From positions 850 to 64,849 of the forward strand of contig JBMFOH010000009.1 in NCBI GenBank assembly GCA_049969715.1: DNA of 64,000 nucleotides. Reading direction: 5' to 3'. The position numbers and the translations under genes are program-made. This stretch comes from a bacterium. Its GTDB lineage: Bacteria > DUMJ01. Shown piece after piece: positions 1 to 11,188 of this stretch. Numbering within the stretch: the stretch's first letter is position 1; each line of letters opens with the position of its first letter. Under the pieces are notes generated by a model that saw only the letters and a program-made list of their open reading frames with translations, was not told the DNA's origin and searched no databases.

Positions 1-280
1 ACTTCTTCAAGGGAAGACGGTTAAGCTACATAAAAAGATTTATCTTTTATATGATATGCATCATGGAGCTGAGGCGCATATGAGAATGTTAAGGACAGAG
101 GAACAGAAACTAATATTACACTATGAAGATGAGAGCAAACATGAATTTTACAATTTAGAAGAGGACCCTGGAGAAGAAAAGAATATATCCAATAGAGAAG
201 ATATCATAGAAATTCAGAATAAGTTTACTTCAGAGATAAAGAAATGGCAAAAAGAGATAGTAGATACAATAGGAGGATGA
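1..280 (+). CDS. Sulfatase-family protein, C-terminal fragment (the gene starts upstream of the window)
   Basis: The frame is open from nt 2 with no stop, so the track's 56..280 is only the part after an internal ATG. The C-terminal motif YNLEEDPGEEKNIS resembles the arylsulfatase/alkaline-phosphatase superfamily C-terminus. Confidence 0.45.
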   Translation, partial: LLQGKTVKLHKKIYLLYDMHHGAEAHMRMLRTEEQKLILHYEDESKHEFYNLEEDPGEEKNISNREDIIEIQNKFTSEIKKWQKEIVDTIGG

Positions 281-390
281 AAATTATTGGTAGGTCCTCG
301 GAAACTCCCCTGCAAAAGTTACTAAACATGAGAGACTACAAGAAGTTTTAGAGTTTGGAGAAAATCTTATATATTTAGCTAGAGGTGAAT

Positions 391-837
391 ATGCAGGTAA
401 CTACCTTTAGTGGAGAGGGAGCAACATATCGTTTTGCCCAGGGCTTAGAAGCAATTACTGGTGTAGCTGCTCATGAGGCTCTAAATATGCGTGTCTTCGA
501 GAGACATGCTATTCAGTCTGATACAGATATAGTTAACCCTGAGATTAAGATAAAATTTGCTGTAGACCCAGTTACCAAAAGAGTAGTAGTAGTTGGTGGA
601 GAATCTAGGGTTACGTTTAAGCCTAAGAAAGATAAGAACTTGACTATTCTAGAAGAAACTCCTGAAGAACTCAAAAAAGAAGTAAAGGAACTAGTAAGAG
701 AGAAGCAGTACCTAGAGTTTACCTTTGACCCTAATAACTCATTTTTAAGAGAGAAATTGGAAACAATAGAAAAAAGGCTTGACCTTTTGAGAGTAAAGGC
801 ATCAATTAAAGGGGTCTTTATAGATACTATTGCCTAG
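391..837 (+). CDS. Hypothetical protein with no recognisable family
   Basis: ORF 385..837 starts at GTG. AGAGG at 381-385 sits 5 nt before the ATG at 391, so 391 is the likelier start. The gene is convergent with the GH4 gene and locally richer in G+C. Confidence 0.45.
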   Translation: MQVTTFSGEGATYRFAQGLEAITGVAAHEALNMRVFERHAIQSDTDIVNPEIKIKFAVDPVTKRVVVVGGESRVTFKPKKDKNLTILEETPEELKKEVKELVREKQYLEFTFDPNNSFLREKLETIEKRLDLLRVKASIKGVFIDTIA

Positions 838-859
838 ATTTGGTAGACCCATCTTATAA

Positions 860-914
860 GTGACGAGTAATGAGAGACGCAAATTCTCTATCCGTCACAC
901 CCATTACTCGTCAT
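860..914. repeat. Imperfect 13-bp inverted repeat (gtgacgagtaatg / cattactcgtcat) with a ~29-nt spacer, between convergent genes
   Basis: Read directly from the sequence. An inner gtgacg/cgtcac pairing is also possible. It could be a terminator or a small structured RNA. Confidence 0.35.
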
Positions 915-926
915 ATTATTTCTCTT

Positions 927-2258
927 CTAGAAATTGAAACTCTTAAATTGAGGTAGCCAATCTTTGTTTGCCTCAAACATCTCCTTAACCATTTCCTTTA
1001 TCTCTTCCAGGCTTAACACACTAGAGGTAAGAGGGTCATAACATATGGCATGATATATCTTCTGAGGATTACCGGTTAGTGCCCCTTCTACAGCTAATTC
1101 TTCACAGGAAGAATTTATGTAGTTAAGGAGGGCAAGTTGAGGTGGTAGTGAACCAACCTTAAGAGGGTCTAACCCACGCTTAGATGCAAGGATAGGAACC
1201 TCTACACAGGCACCCTGTGGTAGATTATCTATGAGTCCAAAGTTCCTTACGTTCCCATTGAACTCAAACATAGTGCCATCGCCTAATACTGCGTTAAATA
1301 TATAGGCAGCGTACTCTTTACCCCTTTTTAACTCTACAGGTGCATTTTCGATCCAATCCTTTACATCTTCTTTCCAAGTATCTTCTCTTCTTAAATATTC
1401 CTTTAGGATATATGCATATTCTCCTGGGTTCCAACCAGTTCCATGCGTGCAGTACTTCTCTATAAGGTCAGGTCTCTTCCTAAACCATGGATTATATTCA
1501 GAATTGTGTCCACTTGATTCGGTTACATAGTACCCTAGATGTAGAAACATCTCATTCCTCACTTGTTCTTCGTTATATATTTCGGGTCTTGTTGTTACAG
1601 CCTCTCTTATCAGAGGATATGCATCTTTTCCATTCCATTCAAACTTGAGAAACCAAGCTTGATGATTTATTCCAGCAGAAAAGTATGTTATCTCTTCCAT
1701 AGGGGCACCTATCCAATGGGCTAACATCTCTGCTGTTCCTTGGACACTGTGACATAGACCTACTACCTTTGCCTTGGTTTCTCCCTGCATTGCCCTGCAG
1801 AGCATAGCCATAGGATTTGTATAATTTAAAAATATAGCATCAGGACAGTATTTTTCGATATCTCTACATATATCGAGCATTACTGGTATAGTTCTTAATG
1901 CCCTAAATATACCTGCAGGTCCCCTGGTATCTCCTACATTTATATCTACTCCATACTTTTTAGGTATCTCTATATCATATCTCCATACGTGAACACTTCC
2001 TACCAGTATCGTGCAAACTACTCCATCTGCACCATCTAGGGCTTCTGCTCTGTTTTTTGTGGCTATTATCTTGGCAGGATATTTCCCGGTAGATATAATC
2101 TTTTGAACTGCGGTCTTGGCAAATTCTAATCTCTCCTCGTCTATATCCATAAGGGCTATGGTGGCATCCTGAAATGCCGGAAATGTAAGAAGGTCCCTCA
2201 CTAGACCTCTGGTGAATCCGAGACTTCCTGCTCCAATAAAGGTTATCTTTTTAGACAT
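927..2258 (-). CDS. Glycoside hydrolase family 4 (NAD/Mn-dependent alpha-glucosidase or alpha-galactosidase type)
   Basis: N-terminal Rossmann motif [14 protein letters not shown]4 signature CHSVQGT, about 440 aa. Confidence 0.85.
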   Translation of the reverse strand: MSKKITFIGAGSLGFTRGLVRDLLTFPAFQDATIALMDIDEERLEFAKTAVQKIISTGKYPAKIIATKNRAEALDGADGVVCTILVGSVHVWRYDIEIPKKYGVDINVGDTRGPAGIFRALRTIPVMLDICRDIEKYCPDAIFLNYTNPMAMLCRAMQGETKAKVVGLCHSVQGTAEMLAHWIGAPMEEITYFSAGINHQAWFLKFEWNGKDAYPLIREAVTTRPEIYNEEQVRNEMFLHLGYYVTESSGHNSEYNPWFRKRPDLIEKYCTHGTGWNPGEYAYILKEYLRREDTWKEDVKDWIENAPVELKRGKEYAAYIFNAVLGDGTMFEFNGNVRNFGLIDNLPQGACVEVPILASKRGLDPLKVGSLPPQLALLNYINSSCEELAVEGALTGNPQKIYHAICYDPLTSSVLSLEEIKEMVKEMFEANKDWLPQFKSFNF

Positions 2259-2344
2259 AAGATCACTCCTTCCCTTTAGTAGTTGATAAGGTGATTATAT
2301 CACAATACTATAATAAATTAAAATAAGTATGGATCCCCTATATT

Positions 2345-2452
2345 ACTAAGATATTTTTGGTTCCGAGAATCTTTCGTAGATTTCAGCAAAGCTCTTATGA
2401 TACTTTTTGAATAGTTCTAGAATCTTTGGATCGAAATGTTCTGGCTTAGACA
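2345..2452 (-). CDS. Candidate small ORF (34 aa, MSKPEHFDPKILELFKKYHKSFAEIYERFSEPKIS)
   Basis: Hand-translated. AGGAAA lies 5 nt upstream, and the ORF begins 11 nt after the NUDIX stop. It is not in the track, probably because it is below the size cutoff. Confidence 0.2.
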
Positions 2453-2463
2453 TAATTTCCTGG

Positions 2464-2853
2464 TTAGAGCTCTTCTAGTATTCTCCTGTCTGTTTCGTAG
2501 CTAGCTAATGCCTTTGCCTTTTCTAGCTCTATCCATTCTGCCCTAGTTATCTCCCCATAAGCAGATGAAACATCATAGGATATAGCCTTTGCCAGATACC
2601 AATGGACTGTCTTTTCTATTGGACCCTTTTCTGGGTGGGTGTAGCTATAATGGGTCTCTCCAATATATCTTTCGATTACTACGTCTACCCCTGTCTCCTC
2701 TCTTACCTCCCTTATTGCAGTAGATTCTAAGTCTTCGCTCTTTTCCACCTTTCCTTTTGGAAAGGTCCAATACCCAAAACGGTCTAGAATCATAAGTAGA
2801 TATGTCTTTTTATTCTTTCTATACACAATACAACCAGAAGAGACCTCTTTCAT
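2464..2853 (-). CDS. NUDIX hydrolase
   Basis: Nudix box GKVEKSEDLESTAIREVREETGV. Confidence 0.8.
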   Translation of the reverse strand: MKEVSSGCIVYRKNKKTYLLMILDRFGYWTFPKGKVEKSEDLESTAIREVREETGVDVVIERYIGETHYSYTHPEKGPIEKTVHWYLAKAISYDVSSAYGEITRAEWIELEKAKALASYETDRRILEEL

Positions 2854-2856
2854 AAT

Positions 2857-3528
2857 CTACTCCTCCATTAGTCTTTCTATCACCCCTAATGGATCTTGGG
2901 CATTATAGATAGGTCTACCTATTACTACAAAGTCTACCCCCTTACTCTTTGCCTCTCTATATGTGGCAGCTCTTTTCTGGTCATCTTCTGTCTTTTCTAT
3001 CCTTATCCCAGGGGTGATAACAATAAAATCTTTGCCCAGTTCTTCTTTTATTAGTCCTGTCTCATCTACAGAAGCTACTACTCCAGATAGCCCTGCTTCT
3101 TTACACAATCTTGCCCTTTTCAACACACTCTCTCTTAAATCTCCTAGGATTCCAGTAACCTTAAGATCCTCTTCATTTAGACTGGTGAGAATGGTAATCC
3201 CCAGGAGCTTGGTCTTCTTATTAGCTATCTCCCGTGCCTTTATTAATGCGTTCTTCCCGACACTAGAGTGTATGGTAACAAATTCTGGATTATGGGTTAG
3301 TATTATTCTAATTGCTCCTTCCACTGTATTAGGAATATCATCAAGCTTTAAGTCTAACATTACCTTTTTCCCTATATTATTGAGATAATCTACTATCTCC
3401 CAACCAAAGGTATAGAACGGGATATAGCCTATTTTATAGTATGAAACCCTATCCCCCAAGCTTTCTATTAATTTATTAATTCTATCCCTATCTGTTGTAT
3501 CTAGTGCTACTATTACTTCTGGTTTCAT
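2857..3528 (-). CDS. pyrF: Orotidine 5'-phosphate decarboxylase
   Basis: DLKLDDIPNTV motif and OMP decarboxylase fold. The true start is MKPEVIVALD at 3528; the track's extension to 3624 runs into the upstream gene. There is an ATGA overlap with that gene. Confidence 0.85.
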   Translation of the reverse strand: MKPEVIVALDTTDRDRINKLIESLGDRVSYYKIGYIPFYTFGWEIVDYLNNIGKKVMLDLKLDDIPNTVEGAIRIILTHNPEFVTIHSSVGKNALIKAREIANKKTKLLGITILTSLNEEDLKVTGILGDLRESVLKRARLCKEAGLSGVVASVDETGLIKEELGKDFIVITPGIRIEKTEDDQKRAATYREAKSKGVDFVVIGRPIYNAQDPLGVIERLMEE

Positions 3529-3851
3529 AGGATCCAACTTAGGATGCCTGAAACTAGACTTATTACAAGTCCGCCCCATATGGCAGACCAAAAGGTTGCC
3601 ACATAGAATCCAGGTACAATCCAAGCCACCATCTCTAAGAGGATTGCATTTATTATCAAGGTAAATAACCCAAGGGTTATGATATTTATTGGGAGCGTGA
3701 TGATTTGAAGGATAGGTTTTATTATAAGATTTAATATACCTAATATAAGTCCGGCCAATAGAGCATAACCAATGTTACTTACCGAGATCCCCTTGATTAC
3801 ATATGGCAATAAACATATTGCTATTGTAAGGATAAGCCATCTTTTTATCAT
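3525..3851 (-). CDS. Small four-TM membrane protein, phage holin_4_2 / YvlD-like family
   Basis: Resembles B. subtilis YvlD (…IKPILQIITLPINIITLGLFTLIINAILL…VPGFYVATFWSAIWGGLVISLV…). ATGA overlaps at both ends. Confidence 0.65.
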   Translation of the reverse strand: MIKRWLILTIAICLLPYVIKGISVSNIGYALLAGLILGILNLIIKPILQIITLPINIITLGLFTLIINAILLEMVAWIVPGFYVATFWSAIWGGLVISLVSGILSWIL

Positions 3852-4309
3852 TATATAACCCCTTCTATCTTAAGTAATAATATCTTTTTCTCAATCCCTA
3901 AACTGTATCCTCCAAGTGTACCTTTACCTACAACTCTGTGGCATGGAACTATAATTGGATAAGGATTATTCCTCATAGCATTTCCCACTACCCTTACCCA
4001 TCTTGGTTTTTCTATCCTTTCTGCTACTTCTTTATACGTATATATCTTACCATAAGGTATCTTCTTTACAAAGTCTATTATCTCTCTATATGTTGGACTC
4101 AGAGAACTTTCATCTATAGGGACTACGCTAAAGTCTACCCTTTCCCCATTAAAATATCTCTTTACCAATCCTCCTATACCAAGAGGGTCGTTCTTCTCTT
4201 CAACTTCTTCTAAAGGTTCTCTCCAGTCAAACCCCATTAAAATATCCCTGTTTATCCTATATAAAAACGTTCCGTATGGTTTTATAGTTATGCTGTATTC
4301 TCCACCCAC
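3851..4309 (-). CDS. ogt: Methylated-DNA--protein-cysteine methyltransferase
   Basis: Active site PCHRVVG and C-terminal helix-turn-helix; overlaps the uvrC 3' end by 22 nt. Confidence 0.85.
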   Translation of the reverse strand: MGGEYSITIKPYGTFLYRINRDILMGFDWREPLEEVEEKNDPLGIGGLVKRYFNGERVDFSVVPIDESSLSPTYREIIDFVKKIPYGKIYTYKEVAERIEKPRWVRVVGNAMRNNPYPIIVPCHRVVGKGTLGGYSLGIEKKILLLKIEGVI

Positions 4310-6033
4310 TCTTTTATCCTTTCAGCAATATTCTTCGGAATACTACATCTCTTAACAATCTCTTCTATTGAAACATCCTTAAGTTTAGAGATGTCAGGAT
4401 AGGATGAGAGGATCTTCTTCATTCTCTTTTCCCCTATCCCTGGAACCTCAAGTAACTCTGGCTTTAAAGCGGTTTCTCTAAGTTTGTGATGATACCTTAC
4501 AGCAAATCTATGTGCCTCATCCCTTATTCTTTGAAGAAGTTTAAGCGCCTCTGAACGCCTTGGAAGCTTGAATTTATTTCCATCAGGAAGCCATATTACC
4601 TCTTCTCTCTTTGCAAGTCCTATCAATGGAACATCGTATCCTTTACTCTCTATTACCTCTTTTACTGCAGTTACCTGTCCTAAACCTCCATCTATAAGTA
4701 TCAGGTCTGGCAATGCCCATTTTTCATTATTTAACCTTCTCCAGAGAACTTCTTGCATCATACCAAAGTCGTTAGGTCCTTCCACCGTCTTTATCTTGAA
4801 TCTTCTGTAACTACTTTTATCAGGCTCGCCATTTCTGAATACCACCATAGACCCCACTGCCTCTTTACCTCTTATATTGGATATATCATAACCTTCTATT
4901 ATCTCTGGAATCTTTGGAAGTCCTAATAATTCCTGAAGACTTACCAATGGGTCTTCTATCTTTAAGACCTTTTGATTGAACCTTTCTATTGCATTCTTTT
5001 TCGCTATCTCCAAAAAGTCTTTCAGCTCTCCACTCTTTGGAAATCTTATAGAGACCTTTCCGTTGCGTCTTGAAGAAAGCCACTCTTCAAGAAGAGGGTA
5101 TCCTTTTATCTCCTGGTTTATTACTATGAGAGGTGGGACATAGTTTCCGTTCCTATAGAAAGCAGTGATAAATGCACCTAATATATCCTCTTCTCCTGTA
5201 TGGTCAAGTTCGAAATCTTCTTCTCCTATAAGATTCCCTCTCCTTATGAATAGTACTGCTACAGTACTTGATGACTTTGTATTAAAGAGGGCAAATACGT
5301 CTGCCTCTACTCCATTCTTACTTACTACTCGTTGTTTTTCTATGGTCTTCTCTAGCGCCTTTATCTGGTCTCTTAATACAATAGCCTTCTCAAAGTCTAA
5401 CTCAGCTACTCTTTTAAACATCTCCTCTTTCAGTGAAGCTATAATCTCTTTTCCATTACCATTTAAGAGTCTTATTACCTCTTTTACATTCTCTTGATAC
5501 TCTCTATAGAGAGAGGGGCTATCATTTGTACAAGGAGCTAGGCATAACCCTAGATGATAATTTAGACAGGCATTTTTATATCTAGAGAGGTCTCCTAGAC
5601 AACTTCTTATCTTAAATCTTTTACGGATCATATGTATTGTTGCTCGTAGGGCTTGTGTGCTTGTATAGGGTCCGAAGTATTCTCCTCTGTCCTCTATCCT
5701 TCTGGTTATAGTGAGTGTAGGGTATCTTTCATTCGTGATTAGTATGTATGGATAGGTCTTATCATCCTTGAGTCTTATATTATATGGTGGCTTATACTCT
5801 TTTATAAGATTATTCTCTAGTATGAGTGCCTCTAGTTCGGAAGATGTTACTATGTAGTCTATATCCTCTATCTGATTTACCATCTCTATTATCCGGGGAT
5901 CATCTGGATTTAGATACGATCTAAGTCTATTTAGAAGGGACCTTGCCTTACCTACATACAATACGTCATTATTCCTATTTCTCATAATATATACCCCGGG
6001 TTCTTCTGGGAATATATCAGTTAGCTTAGGCAT
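4288..6033 (-). CDS. uvrC: Excinuclease ABC subunit C
   Basis: GIY-YIG N-terminus (PGVYIMRN…VLYVGKA), C-terminal HhH, 581 aa. Confidence 0.95.
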   Translation of the reverse strand: MPKLTDIFPEEPGVYIMRNRNNDVLYVGKARSLLNRLRSYLNPDDPRIIEMVNQIEDIDYIVTSSELEALILENNLIKEYKPPYNIRLKDDKTYPYILITNERYPTLTITRRIEDRGEYFGPYTSTQALRATIHMIRKRFKIRSCLGDLSRYKNACLNYHLGLCLAPCTNDSPSLYREYQENVKEVIRLLNGNGKEIIASLKEEMFKRVAELDFEKAIVLRDQIKALEKTIEKQRVVSKNGVEADVFALFNTKSSSTVAVLFIRRGNLIGEEDFELDHTGEEDILGAFITAFYRNGNYVPPLIVINQEIKGYPLLEEWLSSRRNGKVSIRFPKSGELKDFLEIAKKNAIERFNQKVLKIEDPLVSLQELLGLPKIPEIIEGYDISNIRGKEAVGSMVVFRNGEPDKSSYRRFKIKTVEGPNDFGMMQEVLWRRLNNEKWALPDLILIDGGLGQVTAVKEVIESKGYDVPLIGLAKREEVIWLPDGNKFKLPRRSEALKLLQRIRDEAHRFAVRYHHKLRETALKPELLEVPGIGEKRMKKILSSYPDISKLKDVSIEEIVKRCSIPKNIAERIKEWVENTA

Positions 6034-8860
6034 ATACCTTCTCCTCTATCTTTAGTATATTCTTTAGGAACATACCTGTATAGGAGTTTAGATTCTTGGC
6101 TATCTCTTCTGGGGTTCCTTCTGCCACTATATACCCTCCCATATCTCCGCCCTCTGGTCCTAGGTCGATTATATAATCTGCCACCTTTATTACATCTAGA
6201 TTATGCTCTATAACTATCACAGTATTTCCCATATCTACCAGCCTCTGGAGGACATTTATGAGCTTCTCTATATCTGCAAAATGAAGCCCGGTAGTAGGCT
6301 CATCTAGGATATAAAGTGTCCTTCCTGTGCTCTTTCTAGACAGTTCTGATGCCAACTTGACCCTTTGAGCTTCTCCTCCAGAGAGGGTAGGGGCAGGTTG
6401 TCCAAGCTTTATATATCCAAGACCTACATCCTGTAGTGTCTGAAGTTTCTGTTTTATAGCTGGGATATTCTCAAAATGTACTAAAGCCTGATCTACTGTC
6501 ATATCCAATACATCTGCTATATTGGCTCCCCTATATCTAACTTCCAATGTCTCTCTATTGTATCTCTTACCATTGCATACCTCGCAAGGCACATACACAT
6601 CTGGTAGAAAATGCATCTCTATCTGGATTACCCCATCTCCGTGACAGGCTTCGCATCTTCCTCCCTTTACATTAAAGCTAAATCTTCCTGGCTTATATCC
6701 TCTTATTCTTGCATCATGTGTTTCTGCGAAGACCTTTCTTATATCATCAAATACCCCTGTATAAGTGGCAGGATTAGACCTTGGAGTCCTTCCTATAGGA
6801 GACTGATCTATATTTATCACCTTGTCTATATGCTCTAATCCTACGATCTTATCATATTTACCAGGTTGTAACCTTGCTCTGTGAAGCTCTCTAGCTAGGG
6901 CTTTATAGAGTATGTCATTTACTAGAGTGCTCTTTCCCGAACCTGAAACTCCTGTTACCAGAACAAAAAGCCCAAGAGGGATATTTACTGTTATATTCTT
7001 TAGGTTATGTTCTCTAGCACCTACAACAGTAAGATACTTATTATTGATGCTCCTTCTCTTTTGAGGTATAGGGATAAACCTCTTACCTGAGAGGTATTGA
7101 CCTGTAATAGAATTTTCGTTCTCGATGATCTCTTCTAATGTTCCAGTAGCAACTAGATATCCACCATTTTCTCCAGCCCCTGGACCTATATCCACTATGT
7201 AGTCTGCGGACCTCATCATAGATTCGTCATGTTCTACAACTATTACCGTATTCCCTAGGTCTCTAAGTCTTTTCAATGTATCTATGAGCTTTGCCTCATC
7301 CCTTGCGTGTAAACCAATACTTGGTTCATCTAATATATAGAGGACGCCCATAAGTCCAGAACCTATCTGTGTGGCAAGCCTTATCCTCTGTGCCTCTCCA
7401 CCAGACAGGGTTGCTGTAGGTCTCTCCAGTGATATATAATCAAGTCCAACATCTATTAAGAATTGAAGCCTTGCCTTTATCTCCTTGAGGAGTTGATGGG
7501 CTATATAACCTTCCCTTTCAGTAAGATTGAGGTTATTTATAAATGTTATGAGTTCTCTAGGTTCCATACCTATGAGGTCTGCAATAGACTTGTCTTGGAC
7601 TTTTACTGCCAGACTTTCTGGTTTTAACCTCTTACCATTGCAGGAGGGGCAGGGATACGGTCTCATATACTGTTCGAGTTCTTCCCTAGAGAGGTCTGAA
7701 TCTGTCTCTTTATATCTTTCCTCTAACATTGGTATGATACCTTTATAGTAAAGATTTGCGTACCTCTTTTGTCCGGCGAATCCCCAATAACTAAACCTTA
7801 ACATTATATTTGTATCTCCATAGAGGAGTATCTTTAACTGTTCCTCTGTTAATTCCCTTACAGGGGTATCTAGGTAGAATCCTATCTCTTCACCTAATGC
7901 CTCTAGCATATTGGCATGGTAGCTTCCTAATGGGACCCAAGGAGCTATCGCGTCCATAATGGGAAGGTTTTTGTCTGGAATCACTAGGTCAGGGTCTACT
8001 TCCATCTTAAACCCTAAACCTGAACATTCAGGGCATGCCCCATAGGGACTGTTAAATGAAAAGACCCTTGGACTTAGCTCTTCCATACTTACTCCACAGT
8101 ATGGACAGGCAAATTTTTCACTAAGAAGTAGTTCCTCTTTCTCATCTATTACAACTATGGCAATTCCTTCACCCATCTTTAATGTTGTCTCTAGAGACTC
8201 TGCCAATCTGCTTCTTATCTCTGGTTTTACAACGATTCTATCTACCACTACCTCTATGTTATGTTTTTTATTCTTATCTAGAGAGATATCCTCTTCCAAC
8301 TCTATTAATCTCCCGTCTATCCTTGCTCTTAAGAACCCTGACCTCCTAACCTCTTCTAAAACATTTTTATACTCCCCCTTTCTTCCCCTTACTATAGGTG
8401 CCAGTAACTGGATCTTTGTTCCTCCTGGCAAGGAGAGGATCTGGTCTACCATCTGGTCTATAGTTTGTTGGGTTATAGGTCTACCACATTTCCAGCAGTG
8501 TGGATGCCCTATACGTGCAAATAGCACTCTTAGATAATCATAGATCTCAGTAACTGTCCCTACTATTGACCTAGGATTATGTGACACACTCTTCTGGTCT
8601 ATAGAGATAGCAGGGGAGAGCCCATCTATGAAATCTACTTCTGGTTTATCCATTAGTCCTAGAAACTGTCTGGCATAAGCAGAAAGGGATTCTACATATC
8701 TTCGCTGTCCTTCGGCATATATAGTGTCGAAGGCAAGAGAAGACTTTCCTGAACCACTTACACCTGTAAATACAATAAGCTTATCTCTAGGGATCTCGAG
8801 GTCTATATTCTTAAGGTTATGCTGTCTTGCCCCTTTTATAATGATCTTATCTAATGCCAT
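6026..8860 (-). CDS. uvrA: Excinuclease ABC subunit A
   Basis: Two ABC ATPase modules ([12 protein letters not shown] and [11 protein letters not shown]) and zinc-finger Cys clusters, 944 aa. Confidence 0.95.
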   Translation of the reverse strand: MALDKIIIKGARQHNLKNIDLEIPRDKLIVFTGVSGSGKSSLAFDTIYAEGQRRYVESLSAYARQFLGLMDKPEVDFIDGLSPAISIDQKSVSHNPRSIVGTVTEIYDYLRVLFARIGHPHCWKCGRPITQQTIDQMVDQILSLPGGTKIQLLAPIVRGRKGEYKNVLEEVRRSGFLRARIDGRLIELEEDISLDKNKKHNIEVVVDRIVVKPEIRSRLAESLETTLKMGEGIAIVVIDEKEELLLSEKFACPYCGVSMEELSPRVFSFNSPYGACPECSGLGFKMEVDPDLVIPDKNLPIMDAIAPWVPLGSYHANMLEALGEEIGFYLDTPVRELTEEQLKILLYGDTNIMLRFSYWGFAGQKRYANLYYKGIIPMLEERYKETDSDLSREELEQYMRPYPCPSCNGKRLKPESLAVKVQDKSIADLIGMEPRELITFINNLNLTEREGYIAHQLLKEIKARLQFLIDVGLDYISLERPTATLSGGEAQRIRLATQIGSGLMGVLYILDEPSIGLHARDEAKLIDTLKRLRDLGNTVIVVEHDESMMRSADYIVDIGPGAGENGGYLVATGTLEEIIENENSITGQYLSGKRFIPIPQKRRSINNKYLTVVGAREHNLKNITVNIPLGLFVLVTGVSGSGKSTLVNDILYKALARELHRARLQPGKYDKIVGLEHIDKVINIDQSPIGRTPRSNPATYTGVFDDIRKVFAETHDARIRGYKPGRFSFNVKGGRCEACHGDGVIQIEMHFLPDVYVPCEVCNGKRYNRETLEVRYRGANIADVLDMTVDQALVHFENIPAIKQKLQTLQDVGLGYIKLGQPAPTLSGGEAQRVKLASELSRKSTGRTLYILDEPTTGLHFADIEKLINVLQRLVDMGNTVIVIEHNLDVIKVADYIIDLGPEGGDMGGYIVAEGTPEEIAKNLNSYTGMFLKNILKIEEKVYA

Positions 8861-10834
8861 CTATCTCTTCACCGGCTGTCCTAATATCTCTCTTAGTCTT
8901 ATAATTTCATCCCTTATATTGGCTGCTCTTTCAAACTCTAGGTTTTCTGCTGCCCTACGCATCTCTTTTTCTAACTCCTTCAGTCTTCTTGCAATATCCT
9001 TTTTTGATAGCTCTTCCGTTTCATATCTAGCCTCTTCTTCGGCTACTTGAATGAGGTCTCTAATCTCTTTTTTTATTGTAGTAGGAGTTATATTATGAGC
9101 CTTATTATACTCTAGTTGTGCCAGTCTTCTTCTATTTGTCTCCTCAATAGCCCTCTTCATAGAAGAGGTAACAAGGTCTGCATACATTATTACCCTTCCA
9201 TTGATATTTCTAGCTGCCCTTCCCATTACCTGAATAAGAGACCTCTCTGACCTTAAAAAACCCTCCTTATCTGCATCTAGGATTGCTACCAATTCTACCT
9301 CTGGTAGGTCCAAACCTTCTCTTAGAAGATTTATACCTACAACTACATCAAATCTTCCACTTCTTAACCCTTTAATAATCTTTACCCTTTCTATTGCATC
9401 TATCTCTGAATGTATATAGGTAACCTTTATATTCAGTTCTTTCAAGAACTGACTCAAGTCTTCTGCCATTCTTTTGGTAAGTGTAGTTACAAGAACTCTT
9501 CCTCTACTCTCTACTGTCCGCTGTATCTCTTTTATCAGGTCATCTATCTGTCCTTCAGTAGGTTTTATCTGTATCTCAGGGTCAGGAACCCCTGTTGGTC
9601 TTATCAGTTGTTCTGCGATCTGTGCAGATACATCCAATTCATAAGGTCCTGGGGTAGCAGATACAAATATGGTCTGCCCTACTATGCTAATAAACTCATC
9701 GAACTTAAGGGGTCTGTTATCTAGAGCGGAGGGTAGCCTGAAACCATATTCTACAAGGGTTTCCTTTCTAGACCTGTCTCCTTCATACATACCATTTAAC
9801 TGTGGGACAGTCACATGAGATTCGTCTATAAAAAGGAGAAAATCCTTTGGAAAGTAGTCTATAAGGGTATACGGCCTTTCTCCCGGTTTACGGCCACTTA
9901 GATGTCTAGAGTAGTTTTCTATTCCAGGGCAATAACCTATCTCTAACAGCATCTCTATATCATACATAGTTCTAGATTCAAGTCTTTGAGCTTCTAATAA
10001 TTTCCCCTTTTCTCTAAGCTCTCTCACCCTTTCCTCTAATTCTAGTTTTATACTTTCTACTGCCTTTAGTAGTTTGCTCCTTGTGGTAACGAAATGTTTA
10101 GCTGGATAGATTACTATAGAGCTTAGTGTTCCAAAGACCTCGCCAGTAACAGGGTCAAATTCTATAATCCTTTCTACTGTATCCCCAAAGGAATCTATCC
10201 TGTAGATTACCTCTTCAGAGGACGGAAATATCTCTATTATATCTCCTCTCGCCCTAAACATTCCTCTAGAGAGCTCGGTATCATTTCTCTCATATTGGAG
10301 GTCTACAAGCTTATCTAAAAGGGATTCTCTATCTATAGTATCTCCCACCCTTACCTGCGCTGTAATCTCTTGATAATCTTCGGGGGAACCTAGGCCGTAT
10401 ATGCAGGAGACACTGGCAACTACTATTACATCCCTTCTCTCCATAAGGGATTGGGTAGCAGAATGTCTCATCCTATCTATCTCATCGTTTATGGAGGCAT
10501 CTTTCTCTATATATGTATCTGTCTGTGGTATATATGCCTCAGGCTGGTAGTAATCGTAATAACTGATAAAATATTCTACTGCGTTATAAGGGAAGAATGT
10601 TCTAAACTCGCTATAGAGCTGTGCTGCTAATGTTTTATTGTGAGCAATTACCAGGGTAGGCCTTTGGACCTTCTCTATAATATTTGCCATAGTAAAGGTC
10701 TTCCCACTACCTGTAACTCCTAGGAGTGTCTGGAATTTATAACCCTTATTTAACCCTTCCACAAGCTTTTCTATTGCCTGTGGTTGGTCTCCTGTAGGCT
10801 CGAAATTCGATACTAATTTAAATCCTTTATTCAT
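8861..10834 (-). CDS. uvrB: Excinuclease ABC subunit B
   Basis: The N-terminus [21 protein letters not shown] aligns with E. coli UvrB [21 protein letters not shown]. The ATG at 10834 is preferred over the track's TTG at 10846. Helicase motifs are present. Confidence 0.95.
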   Translation of the reverse strand: MNKGFKLVSNFEPTGDQPQAIEKLVEGLNKGYKFQTLLGVTGSGKTFTMANIIEKVQRPTLVIAHNKTLAAQLYSEFRTFFPYNAVEYFISYYDYYQPEAYIPQTDTYIEKDASINDEIDRMRHSATQSLMERRDVIVVASVSCIYGLGSPEDYQEITAQVRVGDTIDRESLLDKLVDLQYERNDTELSRGMFRARGDIIEIFPSSEEVIYRIDSFGDTVERIIEFDPVTGEVFGTLSSIVIYPAKHFVTTRSKLLKAVESIKLELEERVRELREKGKLLEAQRLESRTMYDIEMLLEIGYCPGIENYSRHLSGRKPGERPYTLIDYFPKDFLLFIDESHVTVPQLNGMYEGDRSRKETLVEYGFRLPSALDNRPLKFDEFISIVGQTIFVSATPGPYELDVSAQIAEQLIRPTGVPDPEIQIKPTEGQIDDLIKEIQRTVESRGRVLVTTLTKRMAEDLSQFLKELNIKVTYIHSEIDAIERVKIIKGLRSGRFDVVVGINLLREGLDLPEVELVAILDADKEGFLRSERSLIQVMGRAARNINGRVIMYADLVTSSMKRAIEETNRRRLAQLEYNKAHNITPTTIKKEIRDLIQVAEEEARYETEELSKKDIARRLKELEKEMRRAAENLEFERAANIRDEIIRLREILGQPVKR

Positions 10835-10868
10835 AAATGGTCCCAATTAAATTATAGCATAAAAAATT

Positions 10869-10909
10869 TACCCCCATATCCTAAATTTATTTCTTTAGGT
10901 ATGGGGGTA
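10869..10909. promoter_or_regulatory. 41-nt near-perfect palindrome (tacccccatatcctaaa-tttatttc-tttaggtatgggggta) about 35 nt upstream of uvrB
   Basis: Arms of 17 and 16 nt with one bulge. On the minus strand the stem is followed by AAATTTTTT, so this could be an operator or an attenuator-type hairpin in the uvr operon leader. Confidence 0.4.
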
Positions 10910-11140
10910 GAAGATTGAATTCTCTATATTTCATAGTTATCTTAGAATATGCTTAAAAGGTATCCAACAGATGATATTACGAGGACGGCACTTAAAGCTA
11001 TAAAGGTTATTATGATATTCTTTAACATCTTACTCACCCCTTTCTTTTATCTTCTAGAGATATTATATTCTATTAGGTTTAAGGATTAGATAAGAATGAT
11101 TTAAAATTGGATTAAGATATCTTTATGAAATTGTTAAAGG

Positions 11141-11149
11141 TGGTATAAT
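11141..11149 (+). promoter_or_regulatory. Extended -10 element (TGgTATAAT) of a putative proA promoter
   Basis: TG-n-TATAAT lies 40 nt upstream of the proA ATG. No clear -35 element. Confidence 0.3.
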
Positions 11150-11188
11150 CAAATAAATCAATCTATTTTTGGAAAGGGGAAATGGGAT

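Noticed and set aside
56-280. A complete 74-aa gene at 56..280
   Set aside because: The frame is open back to nt 2. This is the 3' end of a larger sulfatase-like gene cut by the window edge.
2857-3624. pyrF called as a 255-aa protein starting at 3624
   Set aside because: The extension is not part of OMP decarboxylase and runs through the upstream holin-family gene. The conserved MKPEVIVALD start at 3528 forms an ATGA junction with that gene.
6611-9724. Several 70-130-aa plus-strand ORFs inside uvrA and uvrB (6611..6838, 7527..7748, 8157..8537, 8724..9050, 9410..9724)
   Set aside because: They are antisense to long, well-conserved repair genes, have no RBS, and have low-complexity Ser/Leu-rich translations. 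They are typical shadow ORFs.
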